NCBI GenBank assembly: GCA_016748015.1
Contig: JAAOMT010000379.1
Coordinates: forward strand, 358,042-422,041
DNA length: 64,000 nt
Source: Geosiphon pyriformis uo1
Taxonomy: Eukaryota > Fungi > Glomeromycota
Reading direction: 5' to 3'
Shown: piece after piece, positions 1-14,500 of the stretch
How positions within the stretch are numbered: the first letter of the stretch is position 1
Layout: every line of letters begins with the position of its first letter
Translations under genes and position numbers: made by a program
The notes under the pieces: model-generated
What the model saw: the letters and a program-made list of their open reading frames with translations, nothing else
What the model was told of the DNA's origin: nothing
Databases searched by the model: none

Positions 1-84
1 AACGTGATTATATTTATTGAAAGAATTTCTATTTTTAAGGGTATCAAATTTATGATCATTGTTCATCATTATTTTTCCCTTCAG

Positions 85-167
85 AGAATTATCTGAAACC
101 TGATAGTATAAATTTTCTGGACAATATTTTGGAGGTGATAGAGAAGCTTTGCTAATAAATTTTTAAG
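85..167 (+). pseudogene. Degenerate last exon of a class-3 lipase-like paralog (rest lies upstream of the window)
   Basis: After a pyrimidine-rich acceptor (TTCCCTTCAG), TCTGGACAATATTTTGGA reads SGQYFG, matching the HxGPYFG terminus of the lipases at 3323 and 11598. In-frame stops lie just upstream. The downstream flank (250-330) is homologous to the 3' flank of the 3323-4714 gene. Confidence 0.4.
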
Positions 168-384
168 GGGTTTATAAATGAAACTGTGTACTTGATATTC
201 TTATAAAATTGTTAATCAGTGATATTTTACAATTGGTGCTGGGGTTTGACACAGATGATGATCAATATTTTGCGGACACCAATTTCACGCGCGTTATTTG
301 GAAACAAAAAGTAGATCATTTTAATTTATAATTTAAAATATCACATTGGTGATTGGAATTTTTCCAGCTCAGTAAATATAATTA

Positions 385-1066
385 AAGAAAAAATTCTTCT
401 TTTAAAGAAGCCATTAAGTGTTATCCTCCGGTAGTCATTGTTAATGTTGTTAAGAAATATGCTAATACACTAAGTTTTGGTAATTATGCTCAAGATTTAA
501 GACAGCAAGAAGTCACGAACATCAAATATAAACTTCATAGACCTATGGAGGCTTATCTTATTGGTAGTACCAATCTAGAACAAGACATTTTGGAGACCAT
601 GTCATCAAAAATATTACACCAAATAGTATTGTATCTCTTGCCAGTTTTCTGAAGGTGTTTCCTGGTGGTCTACTCAAGGGCATTGCTTTTGTAAAAGATG
701 CACCAGAACTTACTTCTCTCGATTGTTATTGTTTATTTTGAAATTGATATTTGTTGTCATACAAACATATCTTTTATAAATATGTATATGGTAACACAAA
801 GTTGTTAACAGCTAATGCTTGGAGAATGTTTAAAAAATTATTTGAAGTTTATTAAGGATGTAAATTGATGAAAATAGATGTTTTAAAATAAACAAAAGAA
901 GAAAAAAAAGTAGAAAATTGCCATCTTGTTGTAAATGAGTTAACAGAAAGACTGCATAATGTGTATTTTAAAGCTAAAAAGAATGGTGTTGGACAAGCAG
1001 CAATGTTTATTAAGAAGTTAGAGGCTTCTTTGTATTCACTTATCAATAATTTTGATACAACTTAAT
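385..1066 (+). mobile_element. Mutator-like (MULE/SWIM) transposase relic, internally deleted
   Basis: Broken frames read YPPVVIVNVVKKYA...DLRQQEVTNIKYKLHRPMEAYLIG, then ELTSLDCYCLF...LLSYKH (degenerate SWIM CxC...CxH) and KLLTANAWRMF. These resemble Glomeromycotina MULE-type proteins (recognised by eye). Confidence 0.45.
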
Positions 1067-3322
1067 AAAATTTTTTGATCTTATTCAAATGTCTAAAATT
1101 ATGTTTTACATTAAAATTATATTTAATTTCGACCAATAGTAATGTTATATTTTATATAATTAAAATAAATCAGGTAATGAAATCACGTAAAATGTACTCC
1201 GCTTTAGCCAACCTCCCAATTAGGATAGATCCGGAATTTTCGTCATTCCTTTTCCATAAATAGCATTAATTGATCTAATGATAACTTTTAATAGGATGCA
1301 AGTTGGATAACATCATGGATATTTTTGGCAATAAATGCTTGAGCCATTTTACATTTCTGTCTGCCATTTACATCCTAGCATTCTTTTAATTTCGAAGAGA
1401 TGGGTGCAAAGAATTTCACTATTCATTATACCAGTAAAGTAAAATAAATTTATCTTTCCTTTTTTATAAAAACCACTTCAAGCAAAAACTTTTCAGTATA
1501 GCCCAAGTTGGTTGCAAACCTTTATACCAAAATTTTAATGTGTTCCAAAATAAACAAAATGCTGTTTATTTCCAATTTTTATTCAGATTTTTGTAAGTTT
1601 ATTCTCTTTATACTTATTTGTAAGCATTAGTGTTACTAAAAAAAAGATTTTTTTGATATTTAAAAACTTTCAAATGTCTTTTTTTTATAAGATATATTTA
1701 TATCATTTTTGACAACTTTATTGTTAAAATTCTTGTTAAAATTATGAAATTCTAATAGATATATTGTTTTAATACATGTAAAGCATTTTTTTATAATTTT
1801 TTAAAACCAACTATTATCTATTGTATGCTTCACTATTTCCATTTTTTTGAGCTTTTAAAGAATATCATAAATAGTAAAACATGATATTTTTGTTGTCTGT
1901 TGTATTTTATCTGCATTTTATGTTTTCTTTTTTCAGAAATATAATAAAGTTTGCTACTGCATTTTTATTTGAATGGAAACATTTTGTAAAGAAATTTTTG
2001 AAAAAAAACAACTAATAAAGCACACAAAAAATTCATTGACATTTATTTACTTACCTTCACATTCGTTTTCTCAAGTCTTATCACAAATCTAACTAAAAAT
2101 TAGTTAAAATAGATTAGTTTTTGTAAAACAAATTTTTGTTTTACTTTTTTATATATGTTAAAATTGAACAAATTTGTTGCATTGTAATAATTATTGCACC
2201 AAAAGTAACTAATAATTTCACAATTTGATTTTGTGGGATTATAATCATTAAACAGACTAAAAAAAGAAGTTCTACAAATTTTGTTAATAGTGTTGCTATC
2301 CTTATTTTCATTAAGATTTGCATAATTTATCCAACTTTAGAGCTACAGCAACACAATTTTCACTTATTTCACTCCATATCTTTCTTTGCAATTTTTTAGA
2401 ATTGGGTAAATCTGTTGTTATTTAAAAAAAGTACATTTAAAAAGCCAAGTGAATTGTACAGTATCCCCAAAAATAACGCCAATTTGCATGTGTAACCATT
2501 TTTTAAAAATTAATACATCCTTTTTTGACAAACTTGATGTTTATTTACTTTTTACAACTTGCCAATATTATAATATCATGATCTGAAAAGGGTTCTAGGG
2601 TACATGAAAACTATAGATGTGGAAATGTTTGGACCTAACCCACACCTTATTGTCAAGTACAAACTTACCATATCCCGAAGATCAACAATTCTTAGCAACC
2701 ACGAAAAACAAAAAATGACATGCACTACTTCGCAAAATTGTAGTCTGTCAACTGCGGCAGTAAATTTATTGTACCACTCCAGAAACACATGTTAACATAC
2801 GCCTTAGGTGATGCGGGGAAAAACCGCAAGTTTTATCTTCCCTGATGAGACGAGTGTGGGAATTGGGAAGCAATCACGATAATCAAGCACACTGGTGAGA
2901 ATTTTAATTTTAGTTGGACAGAAGCTCGTAATGGTTTAGGTTTTTCACGGTAATATTAATCTAAAAAACTCAGTTAAAGGTGTTAATTTGAAGCTATGCA
3001 AGATAACGCGCCCGATCAATGTTACGGGGAAAATAATTTAATTAATGAGAATTTAGTTTTTGGAGAAGGCTCGTATTCCAGAAGTTTTTTAATACCTCTT
3101 AAACTGAAATGCTTTACTTTGATTTCTCCTCCAAATAACGCGATCTTATTCTTGCTACTATAAAAATTATAATTCATAAAATATGGCTTTTTCCATTAAA
3201 TTCGTATCCGCACAATTTTGATGGCCATCTATGAATATATAAAATCCATGTTTTCTTCTTTAATTGTAGCTTTCGGGATTTGCTCGATTATAGCATAAGT
3301 ACTTGATCTTTTCACACCATTT

Positions 3323-4714
3323 TTAACTTCTAATCATCATATACCCAAAATACGGTCCAAAATGAGGGTCAGATTTTCTTTTTCTATGAGGTGTTAGACT
3401 ATCCAAAATATTTCGTGGATGAAATTTCGCATTACAATTCTAAAATAAATTAAACCCTTTGAGTTCAAAATTTTATCAAGTTTGAAAAGACTTAAAATTA
3501 TTAATTTACCGGATTCTCAAAAACTCTTTCATCTTGATTACAATTGAAAATTTGTGGGAATAATGCGATTTCATCGAAATCTAATGTGGTACAACTACAT
3601 TGCTTTTGCTCCGGTATCCAAAACTCGTTAATCAAATGTCTATAGCTGAGATATGGAGGTGGATATGAAGGTACCTGATCATCAGCATGGGTCACCCGAT
3701 ACATGCTCAGTTGTTGATTTACTAAAGTGGCAAATCCTTCATCTCCCATTCTTGGTTGGCCAAAAGTCACAACTACTGGCTTTTCATAAAATAAATTTTG
3801 AAAAGAGAGAGCTGCTAGTACAGCATAAACTACAAATATTTATTCATGATTGAAAAAACCATCCCGAATAATGTATTTTTTCAATAAAAGATTTTACAAA
3901 AGAAATTCTCACCGCCACCCGTCCCGAAACCAATAAATCTCCCTGAAGGTTTTTCGTCTGATGAGAAAGTATCTTTCAAGAAATGAACCATTTTTTTCCC
4001 AAGTTTAGAAACTGCGCTTCCTGACCATTGTTCGAAAAAGAAGTTGTCAATTAGATAATTTCCAGGACCTGGGTACCGATACCACAAATTCTTTCGTGTT
4101 TCCCAATATTTATATTTATATTCGACAGCCTTTACTACGATTATCATTTCTTTGCGTGAAGTTTGATGCTCTTGGTTTTGATTTATCAGGAAATGAACTA
4201 TGAAGAAAATGGATTAAAAAAGTTTGGTATTTGTGAAAATATTGCCTTTGTTTAAACAATATCTCGTTGCTTTCAACTCACCTTTAATATTTGAAAATAA
4301 GTCTATAACAGGATTTGGAAAACTAAAACGGCTGGCATAATAAGCACTTTGAGCTAGCATTGATAGAACATGTTTACGTATCTCTAGCTCTTGAGGAAAT
4401 GCGCGATCGTTTTTTTCCCTCTCTGAGGCTACAAAATTTAACTTTGTTACACTGTTGTGAAATTTCTATAAAAGGTTAATATTTTGAGTAGCTTGGAGCT
4501 TCAATTACAATTTTTGAGCACCATATTTAAACCTTGGGAGCTCCTTTAGATCATTTCTGCTAATAGACTTGGAGAATGACTGAAATCCAACAAGGGGATA
4601 AGGAGAAACCTTGGTCAACGATGCTCTTACATTGAATGAGTTTGAATTAGCGCATGAAATAGTAAAAATTATTAGTTCTAAAAGCAGTGAATATAGTAGT
4701 TTCAGATCTTTCAT
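3323..4714 (-). CDS. Secreted class-3 (fungal) lipase-like protein lacking the catalytic serine; about 5 exons
   Basis: Signal-like N-terminus (MKDLKLLYSLLLELIIFTISCA, ATG at 4714). Exons 4282-4465, 3913-4197, 3510-3829 and 3323-3439 join in frame across GT-AG introns. Motifs: FIGFGTGGVYAVLAA, TFGQPRMGDEGFA, YRVTHADDQVP, YRHLINEFWI, DPHFGPYFG. The first intron donor is uncertain. Confidence 0.85.
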
Positions 4715-7700
4715 GATTTGTGAAAGATTTCTACAACCGATTAATGAAAAAGTAAGATTTAATACACATGTAATAGCCAAAATGTTATTGCAGATTATCC
4801 AGAGATCGGGTTTGTATTAAATCTATTTTAAAATGAAAGCGAATAGTTAAATTTTTACCCTTGACATAAATTTAGAACCAATTTTCTTGATGATCTTAGG
4901 TATTTGCTCAATTATAATTCAACTTTTAATAAAAATCTTACAAAGTATGAAGTATAAAATTTGCAAAAAAAAATATTTCTACTTATTTAGAAGTTTCTTT
5001 GAAAAGTTTTTTTTAATACATCAAAAAAAAGGATTTAAATTTTATTAATAGATTTGGATATTTTAACTTTAAAACAGATATTCATTGTTTTGGCTGCAAT
5101 TATAATTATATCAGTCTTTTTTTTTGTTAATATTTGGCATGTATATTTTAATAGTATGTTAAAAATTACTGATTAGACCTCATTTCATGCAAAAAGTTCA
5201 CACCAACTATTTTTAGCTTAGAAAATATTTTAAATTAATCTCTTTTGTTCCTAGAGAAACATGTATTAAAAATTTTAATTTTAATATTTTAATTATTTTG
5301 TTAAATTTATATAAAAATTTCACCAAACTGTTGAAACTGATACTAGTGAAGATTCATCTGGCAAAAAATATGATCCTTCAGATTTAGAAAATTTGGTTAT
5401 CTTGAGGCATTGTCTACCCCTTAAAATGCAAGATCCAAGTTTCTGACCTCCGAAAACTATGTATATGTATTACCTTTATTTGTCAATAATCCGGAAAATC
5501 ATTCTTTGATACTTCTTATAGGTTCCCATTTTGATTTCCGTATAGTGAAAATCAAAAATGGTACAATCTAAAGCTCACCTATCGCGATTGTTTGCAGCGA
5601 TAGATTACATCATAAGTGTAGATAACTTTGATTTTCAATCTTTTTAATTAAAGTTTGTGCCCCAAAAAATAGCATTTAATATTGAAGAGCCCATTTATCA
5701 TTTTATGGACAAACTCAACTGTAATTTGCTAAGCAGCTTCTAATAACTACCAAATTACAATGCATCTCAATTTGTCAAACCAAAATTCTGTCACGGAATA
5801 TTCTAAAGCCTCTCTATTAGAAGAGGCAGAAACAGAAGAAATTAAAGAGTTTCATTTTCATGTGTATTTCTTTCAGGTAGTATTGTAATATTTCAAACAT
5901 CGTCCTTTATTTTTGCAATGATTTTGGCAAAACCCATTCAAAAATATACTTGCACTCTTCCAGGATAATGAAGAGAATAAAAAATCCGCAATCGCTTTGC
6001 GTCAAAAGATCCTTGACCTTGTAGATTTGGGCTTTTTTCACCCGGTACCGTTTAAGGAAGTAAATGTGAGACCAATAGGACCCCACGCTATCGTATGTAT
6101 TATCTGATCATTCTCGTTTTGTGATAGGTTTCTCTGGGAGTTATAACGAAAAAAATATTTATTGTTCAATTTCATTCTTATATTAACTGGAATAAATTTT
6201 TCAGGGATCTTACGAAGTCTGGTGTCCAAAAGAGCACTTTTCTCGTGTGTATTCTTGGTTTCTGATCAATCGTGGCCCATTCTCAGTGTTGGTTCATCCA
6301 TTGACTGTTGATGTGGTAAACCTAAATTTTTTTCTTTTTTCCTGGAAGTCTGGTTGCTTTATGATTCAAATCAGGCAATTTGGAAACCACTCGAATTTCT
6401 TTCGAGCCTTTCAGAATTGAGGATTTCCAAAAAAAAAAATATTAATCATTTCTCAAATTTCTTTTGACTCAATTTCTATAGCTAAAAGATCACACAAGCA
6501 GAGCTACATGGATGGGCACCTCAGTGCCTTTAGATTTGAGTTTGCTTCCGACGACACTGGACCATATACCTTTACAGTATCCAGAACTTGGAATGGGATA
6601 TTCGACTAGAGATGAGGAAAAATGAGGCTAACCTAGAGTTTTTAAAAATTGACCTTGATAGCATTTATTAACCACGGATTTTAAAATTTATTATTTTATA
6701 TTTGCCCTTTAAACATATTTTCAAAAGTACTTATTTCAGCTATAATGTTTTTGAAGTGGTCAATTTACTTTATTTGAATTATTTCTTTACATTTAATTTT
6801 CTTAAAACTCATCAAAGTCAAACCTGCCAGCCTCATAGGGAGGTCATGCATATAAAGAAAAGCCAATAATATTACGATACGTTTTTTATACAGTAGCCAT
6901 TTATGTAATTAATGCTGATATGTGATCTGAAGTTTTTTTTTTACTTTATGCAATTTTGACAATGTATATTATGCTTTAAACTTGACAGAATTATTGAAGT
7001 CTTGTACAAAATATTTTGCAACTAAATTTATGGCCAATTGTGCTTTTTGGTAAGTAATTTTTTTTTATTTTATACTTTTATCTTTTTCTTTCATTTTATT
7101 ATTCTTTTCAACTTTCCAAAAGTACAATTAAAATTTATCATTTTTTAGTTAGTAATTAAATTTTTTGCAAATTTTTTCATATATTTATTGATATTTATTG
7201 ATATTTATTTGCAATTTTCTTTTTATTACTAATAATTTTGTTTTAATAATTTTAATAAAATTATTAAAAACTAATGTTAAAAAAAATTTTTATGTTGAAT
7301 ATAATTATGAATTATTTTAATAATGTTTTACACCAAGTTTAAAAAATAATTTGCCTAGCAATAAAAATATATAGTTATGAGTTGGATTAATATTAAAATT
7401 GCTAATTTTCTCAAAAATTGAGAAACAATTTGTTATTATTAATAAAAAATAACACAACAGTTATAATTTTATGCTTTAATTAGCACTCTTATAATTGAAT
7501 AACAATTATTATTTATTTTTAACAATTGTTTATTTAATAAATTACAAAAAAAGTTTTTTATTTTTTAAGCTAATTTAATTATTATCTACCGCTTTAAAAA
7601 ATCTAGTGAAGTTTTTCAAAAATATTAACTGGTATGCTGCACACCTATTCTTATAATTTCGAATGCTCTTTTGACACATTTTACATTTATTCCAATTATG

Positions 7701-10241
7701 AACTTCTGGACGAGTTATTTTAATTTTCTTTGTTTTCATGGTGTGGATAAATGCGGATAAAATGTGAATATTCTATTATTCGAATGTTAATAAAATGGAG
7801 ATTTTCTTTAAACAACTTTATTGGAGTTCATATTTATATTGTTTCTCTACGTTCACATAGTTTAACAAATCCTTAATCTTAAAAAATGTCTATTTATCAA
7901 GCTATTATTTGCGACAAATCATACTAAATAGGTCTGATATAGTACATTAAAATGCCAAATAAGTTTCCCATTGTGTCAGTCTTATTGCCTAAATGAGTAA
8001 TTCAATTCCTTTAAGAACAACAACAATAGTAAAGCGATTTAAGCATAAAGATAGCGTACTGCTGAAAATCATTTAAAAGTTTTTTCGTGGGAAATTTCAT
8101 GAACGGAGAAATATTTATTAAATCAGCTATCGCTTACATATTAACGACTTAGTAGGTATCAAAAATTCATTATTATTAAAATATTGGCTTTGAAAAATTA
8201 TAAATATTTGGAATAAACATTATTTATTATTATTAAAAAAATCAATAATTATAAAGCACTAATTGAAATATATTTTGTTAACAATACAAACTATTCTTCT
8301 ATCTTTAGATTTTTTTTAAAAAGAATAGTAGCCAAGATATTTATAAGACTGATTTCACATATTTAATCTTTATAAATTTAATTTGCTTCCTAGTTGAATT
8401 TCATTTTTAATTGTTTTCTTGCCATATAATATTGCTATTTATAAACATCTTACTTCAAACTTATAACAATATTAATAAATTTAATACACTAGTTTTTATT
8501 AAACACTAGTCTATATAAATAATTTAATTACTGTTTTTAAGCATAACCTTTTAATTTTAAAAAATATTATTTGTGCTGAAATAGTTATCTTAACTTGATA
8601 AAGTAAAGTAAGATAAAATTAAATTAAGATAGAAATTACAATTGTTATTTTAAACATTTGTATATATATACAGCTGCTATTTGTGTATAATAACTATTGA
8701 AATTATAAAATACTACACAAATGTACAACTTAAAAAAATTTACTTTTTATGTCTTGTTTTAATTAATAAATAAATAAAACAATATTGGTTTAAATTAATT
8801 AATGGTTTTTAACTTTGCTAGAACTTGTTATTAAAGAAGAAAATAATGTTATATTATAAAATAATAAAAACAAAAAAGAGAAGAATTAGCAAAAAAATAA
8901 CATGATTTCCAAAATAATTATTAAATTATTAAAATTAAGAATGATTACATGGAAGATGTTAGAACAATTTAAAATATTAATAATTAAAGGCTAAAATACC
9001 TTTGTAATACCAATATAACTCAGAGAAAAACATATTACTATTATAATATTTCACCAGTTTAACAAAATGTTTATAATGTCTGTGTAACCTCAAAATTATA
9101 TAACGTAATAACATTAATAATAACATTATTTTTATCACATTATTAATTAGTTATAAATTAATAATTATTATTTAATAAATAATTGGTTATGTAATAAATA
9201 TAAATACAAACTGGTTGTAGTCTAAAAAAAACAGCGTCACAAGAAAATAGATCTTTAGTACTTAGTTTTTTTATTCCATTTTATTTCCTTTTTTCTTTTT
9301 ACTTTATAATTTTTTATTTTTTCTTGTTAATAACTGTGTACTGCGTCACTATGATCCAAAATCTCAATTTTTGTGAATTTTATTATCAAATTAAATAATT
9401 ATTTTTATTTATTTAACAAGTACAGTTATTAGCTTATCCAAATATTTTCAATTTAGTCTAACATTTTTTCCTTGCTTTATTAAGTATAGCCCTTTCACAA
9501 TCTACTAATAAGTACATTTATATATCAAAAGCAAACAGGAATCGCATACGTGACTGTATTTTTCAATTTGTAGTATTTTGAGTCTATTTAACATTTATGT
9601 TTAAAATCACAAAATCTATAAAATATAAAACTTGTTTTTCAAATTAAATAAATAAATAATTTTTTTATTGATTCAAATTTAGTAATTGATTTTGATTTTT
9701 AGATAACAAATTAAAACAAATAATATTAATAATGAAAATTAAAACTGATATATATATATATGTATTTTTAAAAATGAGTATTCATATTGCCTAGTTTAAT
9801 TATTTCTTGAAGGAAAATTACTTCATTTTTTTAAGTCAGAATTTTTTAAATAATCAAATATTGAAAAATTCTCTATTTCATCGTATGTGATAAGGATACA
9901 GTAAAATTCTCGTGTTTGTGTTTGCCCAGTAAAATATTTACGTTCATCATTTCCCTAATATCGATCTCTTCAAAACGGAAAAATTATCATTGGGGATAGT
10001 TGAAACACTTTTTATTTGTTGTGATGAAATCAAATATATGATATATGAGCTCGAAACTCCATATTAGGGAGGCATTTAGTATCTCCAAAACCATTCTTGT
10101 TTCAGGCAATATTATGAGTTCATCGAAAATTTTTCACTTTGAATAAATAGAACATAAAATTTGAGTTATACTCTGAAAAATGTTTTAAACATCATATTTT
10201 ATGAAAGCTTTCTTCAAAATAATTTTCTATTTTTGAAAAGA

Positions 10242-11598
10242 ATGTTATCTAAAAATAATGAAAATCTTATAAAGAAAGTTTTTAAATCATTAATATTTAT
10301 AACAATAATCGGATTCTACTTTCTTTTTGTTTATTTCCCTAGTACTTTTTATTCCCAATCTTCAAATTACTGCAACAATTCATCAATCACAAACCTAACA
10401 TTGGATGATGCCTATTATCCACCTATAAAAATACGCATTCCATCTTTAAATTCTACCTCAAGTTTGAGTAAAGCACATCTATTAAAACGAACAGGGTTTG
10501 GCAAACTCCAAAATTCGTCTCCTTCGAAAATACTGGTCACTGATTTAGCCTTAATTGATTTCTTAACAGAAATGGCTCGAGTAGCAAATATTCCTTATTG
10601 TTTTCCACAAAACAATATGTGGGGTGAGTAATAGGTTCTAAATGAAATTTCAATTTTCGAAAGGAGTTGTCCAAATTGCTGGAATTTTTCAATATTTTCC
10701 TACCAAAATCAGGTGAAGTATTCTTGGATGAAAAAAAGGAACATATTATTGGGCATTTTANNNNNNNNNNNNNNNNNNNNNNNNNNNNNNNNNNNNNNNN
10801 NNNNNNNNNNNNNNNNNNNNNNNNNNNNNNNNNNNNNNNNNNNNNNNNNNNNNNNNNNNNNNNNNNNNNNNNNNNNNNNNNNNNNNNNNNNNNNNNNNNN
10901 NNNNNNNNNNNNNNNNNNNNNNNNNNNNNNNNNNNNNNNNNNNNNNNNNNNNNNNNNNNNNNNNNNNNNNNNNNNNNNNNNNNNNNNNNNNNNNNNNNNN
11001 NNNNNNNNNNNNNNNNNNNNNNNNNNNNNNNNNNNNNNNNNNNNNNNNNNNNNNNNNNNNNNNNNNNNNNNNNNNNNNNNNNNNNNNNNNNNNNNNNNNN
11101 NNNNNNNNNNNNNNNNNNNNNNNNNNNNNNNNNNNNNNNNNNNNNNNNNNNNNNNNNNNNNNNNNNNNNNNNNNNNNNNNNNNNNNNNNNNNNNNNNNNN
11201 NNNNNNNNNNNNNNNNNNNNNNNNNNNNNNNNNNNNNNNNNNNNNNNNNNNNNNNNNNNNNNNNNNNNNNNNNNNNNNNNNNNNNNNNNNNNNNNNNNNN
11301 NNNNNNNNNNNNNNNNNNNNNNNNNNNNNNNNNNNNNNNNNNNNNNNNNNNNNNNNATTTTCCCAATGGTCAGAAACAGTTTGGTGAGAATTTGGTAAGG
11401 ATTTGAAATAAAAGCTTTTCAGCATCAATATAATTTTCATCATGCAAAATGGGTAAGATTTCTCGCGAAAACCTAAAATCTAAATATATATTTTAGAATT
11501 GTAACGCAGGAACAGATGGATCGAGCAATTTTGCACATTTTGGTCAATGGTTTGGCACAACTTTTGGAAATTGTGAGCATTTCCTCCCAGTAAAATAA
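10242..11598 (+). CDS. Second class-3 lipase-like gene with N-terminal membrane anchor; centre falls in an assembly gap
   Basis: MLSKNN...SLIFITIIGFYFLFVYF (TM), then MARVANIPYC. After the gap, GENL|intron 11395-11496|NCNAGTDGSSNFAHFGQWFGTTFGNC. The last-intron position and C-terminus match the 3323-4714 gene. Confidence 0.75.
10761..11356. other. Assembly gap (N run)
   Basis: Run of N. Confidence 1.
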
Positions 11599-14500
11599 CG
11601 AAAATGATGAAATTTTTTATATTCTTAGCATTTAAAAGACTTTTCTAGCCAAACTTCAACAAATTGGATGCTTTAAGTTTCTTTTATTTTCCGAAATTAA
11701 ACATTAATACTGAGTTAAATCCAATCCTTAAGATTTAGGTTGGCATGTTTCGATTTAATTTTTCAATTAATTCAATCAAAATAGATTTTTGTAATATGTA
11801 AAATGAAATTTCATTCAAAATAATGGAAAAGATAAAATATTCACCTTACGATATGTAAATAATTCTCTTTGCCTTGATTTTTTCCAATTTTTATTTACCA
11901 TTATTTAGATACATATTGAATATCATGAAATTTGGTCCTCCATAATTATATACCTGTAAAAGGCCAATTACCGATTTGTTTGTAACGAATCGTGATTTAT
12001 GTGATTAGCATTTTTTTTACAAAATCAATATACTGTAAATGAAAACTAAAACAAAATTTTAAAGCCAAGAATTACTAAAATTTTCCAATTCTATATCAGA
12101 ATATTTATTATCATCATGTTCAATACAAAAATCCAAACTTTTTCAATTTTTCATTGTTATATCACAAAGTCATAGTTGAAGATCACTTTACCTTCAAGAC
12201 CTTTGAAATATCACAATATATAAATGCACGTCAAATTATTGTTGGATTGATATTATTTCAGGCTTGTTTGACTCATCATACAACATAAAATATAGTTGTT
12301 ATATCTATATTACAAATATTTTCAAATTATTATGGTCTTCTGATAACAAATTCCAATAGTTGTTAACTATTGTTAGCCTAAATAATATTTCTTCCAAAAT
12401 TTTTTGGCTTGTTTTGTTTTAAGAATTTGTTTTAGGCTCTAAATCAGCCAAATACTATATACATGTAAACATTTATTTCCAAATAATTTCGTAAAAACCT
12501 TGTGTTTTCTAAATGCACTTGAATGTTAAGTATTTGATTATTTTATAATAATTAAAGCAATTTTATTAATAACTGTTTTCATGTTTGGAATTTCATGTAC
12601 TAATCTCAACAAAGTTGACAAATAGTCAATTTTTCAGTTATTAGATTTTTTAAAGAGATATTAAATTCAAAGATGATATTAAGTTTTTGTTAGTTATTAT
12701 TTTAAATAAAGAAAAAATCTTTTAGTAAATGGTATTTATTTTAAGTATTAAAACTTTTAAGCTAATAATTAATATGTTTCTTGGAAAAATAAACTTTTTT
12801 ATACATTGTTAAGTTTTATCATTTTTAATTTTAGTAATTTTGTTTTTGTAATAATTTTAGCAAAATTTTCATTCTTATAAAGTTTGAATATTGTATAATT
12901 TAAACATTGCAATTCATTATAATTGTGAGTTGTTACAAATATTTTTAATTTTATTAATAACTGTAATTTATTATTTATTATAAAATAGTTTTTTAATTAA
13001 TAATCATAAAAAGTATAAGGTATTTTGATCCAAAAAATAATTTTATGTTAATTAAAACATTTTTGTTTAAGATATATATCTTTTTTAATAAATTTTTGTA
13101 TAGTATTATAAAAATTGATAGCCAATTAAATTGAATAGAATGTTTTTTTAATTTATGTTTTATAAATAAGTTAATTTTAAAAAATTGCTCTATATTTTTA
13201 AAAGCAATTGTTTCGATTTCTATTAATAAGTCAAAAATAATGTCAAGCTTTTACTATAAAATAGTTTGTATTTTTTGATTTTTGTAAAAACCATTGTTTT
13301 AACGTCGGTCTTAATGGTAATTTAAGAATTTTTTTTGAAATATTAAAGAAGCTATTTTAACACAATTGATTAATCTATTCACATATATTTTTTAATAATA
13401 TAAATAAATCTTTTTACAACATGTCTTTGAACTATTATTATTAACTTACTTCTACTCTTTACACATTTACTTTTTTCTTTATATGTTAGAGATCTTTTTA
13501 TATTTCAATTTCATTAGCTAGATTAAACAAAAATTATATGAAGATATATATAAAAAATCTAAAGACACAAGTAATTTTAAGTCATATAAAAAGCTAAAGT
13601 TTTGTCTCATGTCAAATTTATATATTTAATAAAGCTTAAAAAGTAAAAAATAATAATTGAGAATTTTGTTTATTAGTATTTACAACAGACTTGTATAAAA
13701 ATATGATTTAAGATAATATATTTCATATGATTGCTCTATTTCCAAAGACAAAGAAAAATCTATGTTTTATTGTTGTCATAAAGCATTGATTATTTATATA
13801 AAATATGACTTTTTAACAATTTTAAATAAAATTATAAAGTCAACTTTAAAATATTAGATTATATCAAAACTTTTTCAAATAATCATTTAGCAGTTTTAAG
13901 ATAAAATAAATATATTATATATTAAGATTAATATATTTTTGAATGTTTCTTTGATTTTTTAATATTTGTAATCAATTTTCTATAATTACTTGTAGCCTTT
14001 GACTGCTTTTTTCAAAAACAAATATCTAAATATTTTATTTACGTGAATTTTTCTATTATTTATAGTCCAATTTTTATTTTTTCTAATTATATTATTATTT
14101 TTTCCAGTCATATTATTATTACTTTTTTTAGTTAATTATCACTTCATGTTTATCTATATCATAGATTGCGATGTCTAACATTATTAATAAAAATATCTTT
14201 ATTTTATTAAATATAAATATGAGCTAATATATAAATTGTGTTTATTTGTGAAATTGCTAATAATACTTAACAAATTTGCTGAAATATCTTTGTTAAATGC
14301 GATATTGTTTTTAAATTTTGTTTTTTAAATAAAAGCAGAATTATTTCTGCAATAATTGTATATTACAAAATTTTTTAACCAATTATAATTTTTTAATGAC
14401 TGAATACTATTAGTTACAACTATTATCAATATATAAAATCTTTTTTTCAGAATTTTATAATTCATTATTTTGTAATAATTTTAAGCATCTTTTTCTGTTA

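Noticed and set aside
1400-2800. Possible degraded transposase or gene (also 12000-15000)
   Set aside because: No diagnostic motif could be read with confidence.
2835-2880. CTGATGAG, resembling a hammerhead ribozyme core
   Set aside because: No stem II followed by GAAA and no closing stems could be drawn.
5380-6000. Possible further decayed lipase on the minus strand (YSVTEFWFDKL, VFGGQKLG)
   Set aside because: Only weak motif echoes with many stops; needs tblastn.
10667-11443. Long ORFs over the N runs (also 63015-63371)
   Set aside because: Artefacts of assembly gaps.
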